Source: Fibrobacteria bacterium
Lineage (GTDB): Bacteria; Fibrobacterota; Fibrobacteria; UBA11236; JADFYW01
DNA length: 64,000 nt
Direction: 5' to 3'
Assembly (NCBI GenBank): GCA_050294405.1
Contig: JBNKOC010000025.1
Coordinates: 96,001 to 160,000 of the forward strand
Within the stretch, counting starts at the first letter, position 1, and every line of letters begins with the position of its first letter. The notes beneath the pieces are model-generated. The model was given only the letters and a program-made list of their open reading frames with translations, was not told the DNA's origin and did no database searches. Both the position numbers and the translations under genes were made by a program. Shown here in pieces: positions 8,176 to 18,700 of this stretch.

Positions 8176-10839
8176 ATGAAGCAAAAGCATGGTTTTAGAA
8201 TACTCATTGCGTTAGGCGTATTGCTGCTGAGTATTTGGACTCTTAGACCTACTTGGCTCGTGCTATCCAAACCTTTGGATTATGACAAACCCATCGAGCA
8301 ACAACGTCAGGCCAACTATAAAAAAGAAAATCCCGAGATTGCCAAAAGCGCAATGGCACTGGGCCTGGATTTGGCAGGCGGTACACATATAGTGGTGGAA
8401 GTGGACGATTCAAAATTAGATGAGGACGCCAAGAAAGATGTTCTAGACCGATGCCTGGAAATATTGCGCAACAGGGTGGACCAATATGGTGTTAGCGAAC
8501 CTGTAATTAACAAATCAGGGGATAACAGAATTATTGCGGAATTAGCAGGTCTTGATGCGGACCAGGCCCGTAAGCTTATTGGAGCCACTGCTCTTTTAGA
8601 ATTTAAATTAGTTGCCGAACCCGAAGAATTTAAACCTGCTCTTGATAGAATCGATAATTACATCAAGAAAAAATTAGGGCAAAATATGGTGGATACCACC
8701 GTGGCTCAATCCGGTTCAGATACTCTGGATAATGTGGTTTCCCTGTTTGGCGATGTTGTTTCTGAAGGCGAAAATGCCGCAGCAGCTGGAGACGATACCG
8801 TAGCTGAAGCATCTGATACAGAAGAAGAAGCCACGGGCCTTGATTCTTTGGGAAGAACCACGGAATCAGCAGAAGAATTTAAAACCAGACCCTTTGGTTC
8901 CTTGTTAGTAGGACTAAACAATGGAGGCATCGGCGTTAAATTAGAAGATATTTTAAAAGCCAAAAGAATTTTAAACGACCCAGAAATTAAAGGTTTAATC
9001 CCCCGTCGCTACCACTTTTTGTGGGGTAAAGAAATACAAGACATCGGCAATGGCGAAAAAGCCCGCGAATTGTTTTTCTTGAAACGCCGCGCGGAAATGA
9101 CAGGTGAATACATTAAGGATGCCAGTTGGGCACGCGGTCCGGAAGGTTTGGAAGTTCTTTTAACCTTTAAAGGCAGAGGACCAAAAGAGTTTTCCAGAAT
9201 TACCGGGGCGAACATCAAGCGCAAACTGGCTATTGTTTTAGATTCTGTGGTGTATTCTGCTCCCGTTATCCAAGGTAAAATTACCCAAGGAACAGCTTCT
9301 ATTACTGGAAATTTTGATGTTGCTGAAGTGAAACTGTTGTCCACGACATTAAGAGCCGGTTCTTTGCCTGCTCCAATGAATATTGTGGAACTTCGCTCTG
9401 TGGGACCAACCCTTGGATTTGAAAATATTAAAAAGGGTTTTACAGCAGCTGCCTGGGGCTTGTTGCTGGTAATGCTTTTTATGGTTCTCTACTATATGGG
9501 CGCCGGCCTGATTGCCAACCTGGCTCTGGTATTTAACATATTTATTATTGGCGCAGTTTTAAGCATGTTCCATGCTACCTTGACTCTGCCCGGTATTGCA
9601 GGTATTATCCTTACCATTGGTATGGCGGTGGATGCTAACGTAATTATTTACGAACGCATAAGAGAAGAGCTTCGTGCAAAGCGTTCTATTCGGGGCGCCA
9701 TTGATGCGGGTTACAAACGGGCTTTTACTGCCATTTTCGACTCTAACGTAACTACATTTGGCACTGCCTTTATATTGTATTACATCGGTTCTGGACCTAT
9801 CCGAGGTTTTGGATTAACTCTGATGATTGGTATTGCGGCCTCTATGTTTACGGCTCTTTTCCTTACTCGTTTGGTATTCAACATTTGGGTAGACAGGGTG
9901 GATTTAAAATCCCTGTCCATTGGCGATGGTTTTAAATTTTTAAGAGAACCCAAATGGAATCTGGTGGGACGATCCAAGATATGGATTATGGGCTCTATTG
10001 CGGTAATTGTGATTTCCTTTGGAATTGAAATTACCATGAACCACTTTAATTGGGGAATCGACTTTACCGGCGGTAATGTATTCCAGGTTAAATTTGAGGA
10101 AACTCCAAATGCCGGGCAAATACGCTCTAAGTTAACAAGTGCGGGAATTGAAAACCCCAAAGTTCAAACCGTTGGAACTGCAGAAGACAAAGAAATTTTA
10201 ATTAGCGTTGAAACCAGTGCCGATTCCACTATTAAAGATAAAATACTGCAAGCGGTTCCCGAAGGTAATATCATCGGCGAAGAGTCTGTGGGCCCTACAA
10301 TCGGAGCTGAGCTAAAAACAGATGCTCTCTTATCTTTTTTCTTCGCTCTTATATTAATAGTTCTTTACATATGGGTGCGCTTTGGTAAAAATGGGCTCGG
10401 GTTTGGATTTGCGGCAGTTGTGGCTTTGTTCCACGATGTATTGATAACCTGGGGACTTTTTGGAGTGTTCGGATTGGAAATATCCCTAACCTTTGTGGCT
10501 GCTGTGCTGACCATCGTGGGTTATTCCCTTAACGATACCATTATCATTTTTGATAGAGTGAGAGAAAATATTGAATTGTCCGGCAAAGAAGGCCTAGCTG
10601 AAAAGTTTAATAAGGGTATCAATCAGTCTTTTTCCAGAACAATTATTACCTCTTTAACCACTTTGTTTGTGGTTGCTGTGCTTGCCATATTTGGAGGAGC
10701 CGGAATCCGCAGCTTCGCTTTAGCTATGATAATGGGAATATTAGTAGGAACCTATTCCTCTATTTTTATAGCAGCCCCCTTTGTAATTTGGTGGGACAGA
10801 AGAAGCATGGGGAAATCAGTTGCAAAGAAGAAAGCTTAA
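8176..10839 (+). CDS. secDF: Protein translocase subunit SecDF (fused)
   Basis: LGLDLAGG, RVDQYGVSEP, GMAVDANVIIYERIREE, GIDFTGG, GYSLNDTIIIFDRVRE motifs. Confidence 0.97.
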   Translation: MKQKHGFRILIALGVLLLSIWTLRPTWLVLSKPLDYDKPIEQQRQANYKKENPEIAKSAMALGLDLAGGTHIVVEVDDSKLDEDAKKDVLDRCLEILRNRVDQYGVSEPVINKSGDNRIIAELAGLDADQARKLIGATALLEFKLVAEPEEFKPALDRIDNYIKKKLGQNMVDTTVAQSGSDTLDNVVSLFGDVVSEGENAAAAGDDTVAEASDTEEEATGLDSLGRTTESAEEFKTRPFGSLLVGLNNGGIGVKLEDILKAKRILNDPEIKGLIPRRYHFLWGKEIQDIGNGEKARELFFLKRRAEMTGEYIKDASWARGPEGLEVLLTFKGRGPKEFSRITGANIKRKLAIVLDSVVYSAPVIQGKITQGTASITGNFDVAEVKLLSTTLRAGSLPAPMNIVELRSVGPTLGFENIKKGFTAAAWGLLLVMLFMVLYYMGAGLIANLALVFNIFIIGAVLSMFHATLTLPGIAGIILTIGMAVDANVIIYERIREELRAKRSIRGAIDAGYKRAFTAIFDSNVTTFGTAFILYYIGSGPIRGFGLTLMIGIAASMFTALFLTRLVFNIWVDRVDLKSLSIGDGFKFLREPKWNLVGRSKIWIMGSIAVIVISFGIEITMNHFNWGIDFTGGNVFQVKFEETPNAGQIRSKLTSAGIENPKVQTVGTAEDKEILISVETSADSTIKDKILQAVPEGNIIGEESVGPTIGAELKTDALLSFFFALILIVLYIWVRFGKNGLGFGFAAVVALFHDVLITWGLFGVFGLEISLTFVAAVLTIVGYSLNDTIIIFDRVRENIELSGKEGLAEKFNKGINQSFSRTIITSLTTLFVVAVLAIFGGAGIRSFALAMIMGILVGTYSSIFIAAPFVIWWDRRSMGKSVAKKKA

Positions 10840-10878
10840 ACCGGACAGATTCCGAGAAGGTTTTCTTCTAATGCTTTA

Positions 10879-12600
10879 TTAAAAATTCCAATCCAACCCC
10901 GTTAAAATATGGAATCTATATGGGTTTCCATTGGGGTGTTCTAAAATTTCTTCTCCAAAAATGTGAAAGGCCGAATAATTAAGCCTAAGCCTGTTGGCTA
11001 AAAAGCTCTGAGAGATATTTAAATTATGCTCCCAATGGGCTTTTATTTTAAAGGCTGTTTGAGACCATCCCAACACATATTTAGGACCTAAATATTGTGA
11101 TTTCCAGTTAATGGACAGGTCACTGGGAAGGTTTATGTTTCCCTCAAAATATAGGCTCCATTCTGAAGCCTTATATTCTCCCAAAGAGTCGGAAAAAATA
11201 TTGTTTTCATTCAACAATAGGCCAAGGTTGCCCTGAAATAGTTTTTTGTCGATCCCTATTTTTAAATCCTGTTCTAGCTGAAAAAGCTCTGCGCTTGAAT
11301 TTTTTAAGTATGCGAGTCTGTAATGATAATCTTTTTCAGTCCAAAGGCTGTCTACCTGCCATTTGGGAGTATTCCAAAAGTTGGTATACCTGCTTATGGC
11401 TTCTAAATAAACAGGGCCTAATGGTTTTGACTGGAATGAAACCATTGCATTAAGGCTTTCATAATAAAACTTCTTATTCTGAAAATTGTTTTGAAGGCCT
11501 TGCCATTTTTCCTGTTGGTTGCCAAAATGAAATTTGCTGTGGTTTAAGCTAAAGTTTATTTCTTGTGTGCTTTTGCCTAAAAAGGAGTTTTGCAAAGCTT
11601 TTATTCCTGTTTCAGCCAAAAAAATATTCTGTTGGTAGCTTAAGTCGCTATGCCACTGAAAAACAAAGTTGCTATCCAAAATATTGTACCTGCTTTTGTT
11701 TATTAAGTTGTAACTAGCTAAATATTCTGGTTTATTTGAAATTTCAATTTCGATTCCATTTTCAAGAGGCATTTTTGCTTCAAAATGGCTGTAATTAAGC
11801 TCTGTGGAAAATTGGGAAGTCCATAATAATTGTTTTCCTCTCCATTCTTTTTTTATGCCGGGTTTCCAGGTAAATCTGCTAAAGTCACTGGATTCCTGGG
11901 AAACAATATTGCCCTTCGCAAACCGACTCTCCAGAAAAAATTCCCTAAAATATATTCGGTTGTGCATGTTGTTAATCTTTAATGGGTATAAGGCCCCTGT
12001 TTTAGGAGATGCTAGCCATTTCCAGCCGCTTTCAAAATAGAGACTGGCTCCGTAGCTGTTATGATGTAAGTGTAGCCAGCTGCTCAACAGAGAACTTTGA
12101 GGTAGGTTTTCTCCAAACCAGGATACTTTCTCTTTATTAGATAAGAAGCTGCGCAACCCGCTGAGTTTGGAAGAGGCTATGTCATTTTGCTCGAGGGCTG
12201 CACCAAGTTGCATGTATATTTGAGGGTTAAGGGAAACATAAAACTCATTGACAGGGGTGTGGTTATATGTGGCCTTTCCATTTAATTCCATCAGATGCGG
12301 ATCGCCCACCTCATTTCCCAGTAATAGCTTAATCTGTTGGCCACTATCTTTTTGGGAAATAGGTCTCCATTTGGAGAAAATTAATGGGGAGTTGGGGAAT
12401 AGCCAATCGGAAAAACAACAACAATTAGAAGGAACTAGGCTTGTGCTTAATACATCGTCTCCAAAAAAAGCAAAAGCGGTATTGGGGATATATTGTCGTT
12501 TGTTCCACATATCATTTGCAAGTTGGGGTTCTGCCCAAGGCAGTTGAAACAAAGCCACAGATAAAATCGCCAAATATTTATGCCTAATATTTTTTACCAT
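10879..12600 (-). CDS. Hypothetical outer-membrane beta-barrel protein
   Basis: Signal peptide; aromatic-rich alternating strands; C-terminal ...TGLDWNF (terminal Phe, beta-signal-like). Confidence 0.6.
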   Translation of the reverse strand: MVKNIRHKYLAILSVALFQLPWAEPQLANDMWNKRQYIPNTAFAFFGDDVLSTSLVPSNCCCFSDWLFPNSPLIFSKWRPISQKDSGQQIKLLLGNEVGDPHLMELNGKATYNHTPVNEFYVSLNPQIYMQLGAALEQNDIASSKLSGLRSFLSNKEKVSWFGENLPQSSLLSSWLHLHHNSYGASLYFESGWKWLASPKTGALYPLKINNMHNRIYFREFFLESRFAKGNIVSQESSDFSRFTWKPGIKKEWRGKQLLWTSQFSTELNYSHFEAKMPLENGIEIEISNKPEYLASYNLINKSRYNILDSNFVFQWHSDLSYQQNIFLAETGIKALQNSFLGKSTQEINFSLNHSKFHFGNQQEKWQGLQNNFQNKKFYYESLNAMVSFQSKPLGPVYLEAISRYTNFWNTPKWQVDSLWTEKDYHYRLAYLKNSSAELFQLEQDLKIGIDKKLFQGNLGLLLNENNIFSDSLGEYKASEWSLYFEGNINLPSDLSINWKSQYLGPKYVLGWSQTAFKIKAHWEHNLNISQSFLANRLRLNYSAFHIFGEEILEHPNGNPYRFHILTGLDWNF

Positions 12601-13205
12601 AGCCTTTTTCCAATTCCGATCCCGGCTTTTGGGAGATGGCCGTAATTTGGTTGGCTAAATATAACAGACCATAGAAAATTGATGTTAATAAACCATTGCT
12701 CTTTGAAATAGATATCCCAGTTCAAAAATGGATAGACTCCATACTCCGATTCATTATCGTCCATTAACAAAGACTTCCCAGTATAACCTTCCGCCGAGCG
12801 AATGAGGCTTATATCTACGCCTAACCCTATTTCCGGTAAAAACAGGCTCCCAGGTTGATACCCGGCGCCTAAACCTGCATGGATGTAATGGATATCTCTT
12901 TGGTAAGTGCTTTTTTCTGATGTGGTTAACAATGAATAATCGAGCATAACATGACATTTGATATTGGAATAATACCCGCTTTTTAGTTTAACGCCAAAGT
13001 TTGGGGATGGTTGGAGCAAGTCTCCCAGCCTTTGAGTGGGCTTAATCATGGATGCGTTAAAGTTTAAACTCAAATGTTTAAATAAATCGGTATCGGAAAA
13101 ACTTGTATGGGATAATAAACAAACGAAAAAATATATCTTTAGAAATATTTTTTTGTTATTGCTTAACGATTCTAGCGGCAAAGAATCCCCCGGCTTCCCA
13201 TTCAT
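12594..13205 (-). CDS. Hypothetical small outer-membrane beta-barrel protein
   Basis: Signal-like N-terminus; amphipathic strands AGLGAGY, EIGLGVDI; ends GIGIGKRLW. Confidence 0.55.
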   Translation of the reverse strand: MNGKPGDSLPLESLSNNKKIFLKIYFFVCLLSHTSFSDTDLFKHLSLNFNASMIKPTQRLGDLLQPSPNFGVKLKSGYYSNIKCHVMLDYSLLTTSEKSTYQRDIHYIHAGLGAGYQPGSLFLPEIGLGVDISLIRSAEGYTGKSLLMDDNESEYGVYPFLNWDIYFKEQWFININFLWSVIFSQPNYGHLPKAGIGIGKRLW

Positions 13206-14460
13206 CAGGGAAAATATGCAGGCAGTTGTTTTTCACTAAATGCTCGGGAATAAATTTTTGGGCCTGATCTAAATGAGCATTGTTATTCGATTTTAGGAAA
13301 TTTGAAATAACATGGGATGTTTCTTCAAAGCTCGGGCTGCAAGTGGAATATACCACAACTCCTTTTGTGGAAAGTAAATTAAACGCGGCTTGTAACAGCT
13401 CTAATTGAAGAGTCGCTAAATTGTTGATGTTTTCTTCTAAAAGTCTCCACTTCGCTTCGGGCCGTCGGGATAAAACTCCGGAGTTGCTACAAGGCGCGTC
13501 AACCAATATTTTATTAAACTTGTTCTTAACCGCGGGGCTTTGGCCATCCATGACCAGGGCGTAAAAATTTTGAATGTTTTGCCTATGTTTCAAGTCCCAA
13601 ATTTTTGCGAGCCTTTTATGGGATACATCGGCACAGAATAGATATTTGGTTGGAAAACGTCTGGCGCATAAGGCCGTTTTTGTGCCAGGAGCTCCGCAAT
13701 AATCCAGAAAAAAATCTTTTTCACCTAAATCCAATAAACTTGTAATATACCAGGCTGCTGGGTCTTGAATGTTAATGGACCCAGTTGTGAAAGCCGGGGA
13801 ATTTAAGATATGTTCTCTGGATTTATTTGAAATAGCATATGGGAAGTTAACATCCGGTTTTTTTGAACAACCCAATTCCGATAATAAATTATTGGATTTT
13901 AATTGCTCTGAACTGATAAAAATCCAATTGTTGGGCTCTCGATTCGAGGATTCTAAAATGGTTTCCACTTTTTTTGCATCAAACATGGATAATAATTTGT
14001 TTACGTAATATTCCGGAAAAGAATATTTAACAGCCATATCCGAAGCATTATTAGTCGCGGGATAAGTTAATTTAGAGGATGTGATTTTTTGCAACAGGGC
14101 GTTTGTGAAATTGGCCACGGATTTCCCCATTAATTTTTTTGCCAGTTCCACTGATGTATTGATAATGGCGTAGTTTGGGATTTTGTCCATGAAATAATAC
14201 TGAGCAGAAGCTACTTCCAGTATAAGGCGCATTTTGGATTGGGGGGATTTTTTATCTAAAAATTGTTTGTAATTATAGCGAATTAAACTGCGGTGCCTAA
14301 TTACCGTATAACATATTTGTCTGGCAAGTTGCTTGTCCTTATCGTTTAAATTGCTATCGAATTTAGGAATAATATCTGCAATTTTATCGCCGGTGCCGTT
14401 AAATAATTTTAAAGTTTTAAATGCGACAACCCTACATTCATAACCCTTAATGTTGTTCAT
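13156..14460 (-). CDS. rsmB: 16S rRNA m5C967 methyltransferase RsmB/Sun
   Basis: NusB-like N-terminal domain; IQD, DYCGAPGTKT, LVDAPCS and YSTCS motifs; adjacent to fmt. Confidence 0.92.
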   Translation of the reverse strand: MNNIKGYECRVVAFKTLKLFNGTGDKIADIIPKFDSNLNDKDKQLARQICYTVIRHRSLIRYNYKQFLDKKSPQSKMRLILEVASAQYYFMDKIPNYAIINTSVELAKKLMGKSVANFTNALLQKITSSKLTYPATNNASDMAVKYSFPEYYVNKLLSMFDAKKVETILESSNREPNNWIFISSEQLKSNNLLSELGCSKKPDVNFPYAISNKSREHILNSPAFTTGSINIQDPAAWYITSLLDLGEKDFFLDYCGAPGTKTALCARRFPTKYLFCADVSHKRLAKIWDLKHRQNIQNFYALVMDGQSPAVKNKFNKILVDAPCSNSGVLSRRPEAKWRLLEENINNLATLQLELLQAAFNLLSTKGVVVYSTCSPSFEETSHVISNFLKSNNNAHLDQAQKFIPEHLVKNNCLHIFPDEWEAGGFFAARIVKQ

Positions 14461-14476
14461 CTTAGCTGATAAAGGT

Positions 14477-15412
14477 TTAGGCTAAAGTTAAAAATCCATG
14501 TTCTAATCTCAGTCCGTTTGCCAAATCTTTGCCGCTGACTACGGGCTTTCCCTCTAATTGGGCGGATACGATTTTTATGTGTTTATCCAGGCAGGAAACA
14601 ATGGGCTCTTTATTTTCGTTTAAAGTTAATTGCCCATGTTTTTGAGAGGGTTCTTCCCAAATTTCTGATTTTAATATTCTTAAAGTTTTGCCTTTGTTTT
14701 CCAGAATATTTGTATAACATATGGGAAAAGGGTTGAAAGCCCGAATTCTGTTATGTATCTGCTGGGCTTCCATATCCCAATTAATTTTTCCATCTTCTTT
14801 TTTTAATTTTGGAGCCGAAGTTGCTTGGCTGTGATCCTGAGGGATGGGGGTGATTGTAGCATTGGAAAATTTGGGCAGGCTTTCGAGAATAACCTGTGAG
14901 CCGGCTTCTATAACTCTAGGGGCTAATTCAGCTGAAGTCTCATTAGGCCCGATGTTAACTTCCTTTTGTCCGATTATCTGTCCGTGATCCATTTTTGGAT
15001 CTAATAAAAATACGGTGGCCCCTGTTTTTTTCTCACCTCTGGCAATGGCCCATTGCACAGGAGCGGCACCCCGGTATTTTGGCAGCAAACTTCCGTGTAA
15101 ATTGATTGCCCCAAACTTGGCAGCTCGAAGCAAGGACTCGGGGAGAATAGAAAAAGCCACCACTACGATTAGATCTGCAGCCTGGTCTTTTAAAAGCAAT
15201 TCAAATTCCCTGTCTCTTAAAGATTCCGGTTGGTGGCACTTAAGTCCCATTTCTATGGCAGCCATTTTTACAGGAGGTGCTGTTAATATTTTACCCCTTC
15301 CTTTCGGCCTATCGGGTTGAGTGACAACCAGGCATACTTCATGACCGGCTTCAACTATATCTCTTAGGGGTTTTACTGCAAGTTGGGGGGTTCCCATGTA
15401 TATAATTTTCAT
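14477..15412 (-). CDS. fmt: Methionyl-tRNA formyltransferase
   Basis: MKIIYMGTP, VVTQPDRPKGRG, INLHGSLLPKYRGAAP. Confidence 0.97.
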   Translation of the reverse strand: MKIIYMGTPQLAVKPLRDIVEAGHEVCLVVTQPDRPKGRGKILTAPPVKMAAIEMGLKCHQPESLRDREFELLLKDQAADLIVVVAFSILPESLLRAAKFGAINLHGSLLPKYRGAAPVQWAIARGEKKTGATVFLLDPKMDHGQIIGQKEVNIGPNETSAELAPRVIEAGSQVILESLPKFSNATITPIPQDHSQATSAPKLKKEDGKINWDMEAQQIHNRIRAFNPFPICYTNILENKGKTLRILKSEIWEEPSQKHGQLTLNENKEPIVSCLDKHIKIVSAQLEGKPVVSGKDLANGLRLEHGFLTLA

Positions 15413-15530
15413 AATTTTATTGAAATTAAGTTTTTTACCTCTTCATGTCTTGTTTGAAGATAAAAGTTTTTATCCAGCATAAATTCCATTAAATTAAAAG
15501 CAAATATTTTAAAATAGGTATATTTATAAA

Positions 15531-17063
15531 ATGCAATTTTTTCGGCGTTTGTTTTTATTAGCCTTGTTCTTGCATTTCCTCGTAAACCCAGCCTTGGCTC
15601 AACCGGCTTTGTTAAGTGACAATTTATCTCTAAATGGCGTAAGCATGTTTTGGAAAAACGAAAATCCAGAATTTTATAAATCCAGATTGACGCTAATTCC
15701 GGATAGTTTAACGGGATATATTTACGGGGGTTATTTTAACAATCCTGTGGCCGATTTTAAAACCGGGGATTATTCACTCCAGGAGGAAATAGAGGGCCAA
15801 ACACTTAATATTGTTTATAAATTGAATTCCTTTTTGTTTTTACATGCTGGAATGAACCATCTTGTTCACTATAATAAAGTGGCATGGGATTCTTCTTATA
15901 TTCAAATGGAGCACAATCGAAGAAATTATCCACTTGCATTAACAATTGGGCCTGGGCCATTTATGTCTTTTGGGGATTACTATTTTTGGGCTCAGTTTAG
16001 TTTAATAGATGCCCGAGGCAAAAATTATGAATATATACTAAGGTTGGGTAAACAAAAATTATTTCAATTAGAACTGAGTTATGTTCATGACAAGTATCAG
16101 GAAGATATAATTGTGAATGAAAATTACCTGGATACAATAAGTCCCTTGAATGCGGTTTACCCCATTGACAATTCCCAATTAAAACTTTTTTATTTGCTAA
16201 ATACTTCCTATGTGGAATTAATGGCAAAAATACTTCGAAATATATCTGAGCCAGGTAAATCAGGAAATAAATATTGGACACAGGATTCCACCGAAAGCTA
16301 TGAAGTTGGAGTAGGCCTTGAATTGGAGAAAGGCTTTTTAAAAGGTCTTTCTTTAGTAAATGCTTTTGGGATAGGAGAAACAAAATTGATGGGGCTAAGA
16401 GAATTAAATCCATCGGAAGTTATCCGCTATCATTATCATCCCATGGATTTCTATTCTAATTTTTCAGCTTTGGAATATTTTAAAACCATTAATAAAGCGC
16501 ACGGCCTGGCTGCTTCAATTAATTACTACTACTATAACAATTCAGGAGGCCAGCCTTATTCCAGAGATGGTCGGGCATTTTTTAACTATAAAAGGTTTAA
16601 TCCCGATTGGTTTGGAATCGGAGGTCTCATAACATACGATTATTTTGAAATTGTGGAGCACGATTTTTATTGGGACAGGGTCCAACTTGAGTTGAGGTAC
16701 CAATTATCAAAAGAGAATTGGGGGGCTGGTTTTAAGTTGCCCTTGTCTTATCATCAAATGGAACTGGAATACAACTGGAGCAGTATTTCGGGCAGTAAAT
16801 TAGACCATGATACAGTAGAGAAAAAAGGCAATTGGTATTTTGAAAATTGGCGTCTGTCCTCTGAATTTTCTCCCTGGGTTCGCTTTGGCAGGCTAACGCT
16901 TCTGGCGAAAGTCCAATATGCCTTTTCAATTTTTAGCAGTGCAAACTTCAACTATAGTGGCGTAGTTGAAGATTTGAATAAAAATAACATTAATTTTGAG
17001 GGGAAACCGGATATCCTGAAAAACGGGCTTTTTTTGGGCGGCTATGGTAAAATCGATTTTTAA
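15531..17063 (+). CDS. Hypothetical outer-membrane protein
   Basis: Signal peptide ending ALA; Tyr/Phe-rich strands; C-terminal GYGKIDF. Confidence 0.6.
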   Translation: MQFFRRLFLLALFLHFLVNPALAQPALLSDNLSLNGVSMFWKNENPEFYKSRLTLIPDSLTGYIYGGYFNNPVADFKTGDYSLQEEIEGQTLNIVYKLNSFLFLHAGMNHLVHYNKVAWDSSYIQMEHNRRNYPLALTIGPGPFMSFGDYYFWAQFSLIDARGKNYEYILRLGKQKLFQLELSYVHDKYQEDIIVNENYLDTISPLNAVYPIDNSQLKLFYLLNTSYVELMAKILRNISEPGKSGNKYWTQDSTESYEVGVGLELEKGFLKGLSLVNAFGIGETKLMGLRELNPSEVIRYHYHPMDFYSNFSALEYFKTINKAHGLAASINYYYYNNSGGQPYSRDGRAFFNYKRFNPDWFGIGGLITYDYFEIVEHDFYWDRVQLELRYQLSKENWGAGFKLPLSYHQMELEYNWSSISGSKLDHDTVEKKGNWYFENWRLSSEFSPWVRFGRLTLLAKVQYAFSIFSSANFNYSGVVEDLNKNNINFEGKPDILKNGLFLGGYGKIDF

Positions 17064-17147
17064 TGGGTTTTGTAATAAAGTAATTTATTTTTATTTCAAA
17101 AAATTGATTTATTCCTCAATTCGGGTTGTGGAAAAGGAGTAAGCAAA

Positions 17148-18587
17148 ATGTCTAACAGTTTGTATAAAAATAGTCAAATTATGTTAGTGGACGATGAAGT
17201 GCATTTTTTAGAAAGCGCTAAATTGTTATTAGCTTCTAATGATTTGACAAACGTGGATTGTTTTGAAAATCCGACTATGGCGCTGGAGCAATTAAAACAA
17301 AAAAAATATGAGTTGGCTGTTTTAGATGTAAATATGCCTCACATGAGCGGCATGGAATTGTTGGAAATAATTACTAAGGATTATCCAGAAACCATGGTGA
17401 TAATGGTAACATCAGTGGATGATGTTAAAACGGCGGTACGCAGCATTAAATTAGGTGCTTACAATTATATATTAAAGCCAATAGAAGGAGAACATTTTGT
17501 ATCTGAACTGATTAAAGGTTTGGAGTTTTCCAGGCTACAAAAAGAAAACCAAAGTATAAAAGAGCACTTGTTGTCGCCAAATGTTGGAAACCCCAAGCAT
17601 TTCGAAAAAATTATTACTCAAAACGAATCCATGTCGGCCATTTTTAAATATATAGAAGCTGTGGCTAATACTCCTTTTCCGGTATTAATTACAGGCGAAA
17701 CTGGTTGCGGAAAGGAATCTATGGCCGAGGCAGTTCACAGTTGCTCTGAAAGGGCGGGAAAGTTTATTGCGGTAAATGTGGCGGGCCTTGATGATAATTT
17801 GTTTTCGGATACATTGTTTGGCCATTTAAAAGGCGCCTACACTGGAGCTGATAAAGAAAGAAACGGCTTATTGGAAGAAGCTAAAGATGGAACTTTGTTC
17901 CTGGATGAAATTGGGGACTTGGGTCCAGCTTCCCAATTAAAACTGCTGCGCTTTTTACAGGGAGGTGAATATTTTCCACTGGGCAGTGACAGAGCAAAAA
18001 TTTCCAATGCCCGGGTAATTGTGGCCACCAATGTGAATCTGCTTGAGGCCCAGGCTAGTAACAGCTTTCGCAAAGATTTATTTTACCGGTTAAAAACACA
18101 TCACATCCATATTCCACCTTTAAGAGAAAGGCTGGATGATATTTCTATTTTAGTGCCTTTTTTCGCTCATAAATCTGCAAGTATTTTGGGACGAGACATT
18201 CCTGAAATTTCTGCAGATGTATTTGATTATTTGAAAAAATATTCATACCCCGGAAATATTCGGGAGCTGGAATCCATTATTTTTGATGCGGTGTCTAATT
18301 TACATGGAAAAAAACTCGAGTTGTCTACCGTTAAAAAGTCTCTGAGTTGGAGCCAGGATGCGGGGGTAAATCCCGATGCTATGATAGAAAAAGAAAATAT
18401 TTTTAAACGAGCAGAGCTGCCTACTATCAAGCTTGCCACCAAATTTTTAATTGAAGAAGCTTTGAAGAGAACAGCCGGAAATCAGTCCCTGGCAGCGAAA
18501 ATGTTGGGAATTACCCGTCAGGCTCTTAATCAGCGCCTTCGCTCGGCTCCTCAAGCCGAAAAAGATACTGAAGAAGAAAAAGTTTAA
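17148..18587 (+). CDS. Sigma-54-dependent response regulator (NtrC family)
   Basis: Receiver LVDDE...LDVNMP; Walker A GETGCGKE; GAYTGA loop; LFLDEIG; FRKDLFYRL; PGNIREL; Fis-type HTH. Confidence 0.95.
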   Translation: MSNSLYKNSQIMLVDDEVHFLESAKLLLASNDLTNVDCFENPTMALEQLKQKKYELAVLDVNMPHMSGMELLEIITKDYPETMVIMVTSVDDVKTAVRSIKLGAYNYILKPIEGEHFVSELIKGLEFSRLQKENQSIKEHLLSPNVGNPKHFEKIITQNESMSAIFKYIEAVANTPFPVLITGETGCGKESMAEAVHSCSERAGKFIAVNVAGLDDNLFSDTLFGHLKGAYTGADKERNGLLEEAKDGTLFLDEIGDLGPASQLKLLRFLQGGEYFPLGSDRAKISNARVIVATNVNLLEAQASNSFRKDLFYRLKTHHIHIPPLRERLDDISILVPFFAHKSASILGRDIPEISADVFDYLKKYSYPGNIRELESIIFDAVSNLHGKKLELSTVKKSLSWSQDAGVNPDAMIEKENIFKRAELPTIKLATKFLIEEALKRTAGNQSLAAKMLGITRQALNQRLRSAPQAEKDTEEEKV

Positions 18588-18700
18588 AAAGTTTAGAATT
18601 TTGAGCTATTTAAAGCTCTAAATCTCCAGTTTTCCTTCAAATTTTACTTTAATTATTCTATTAAGAAGCGCGTAAATTATGCCGATAATATATTTAGAGT

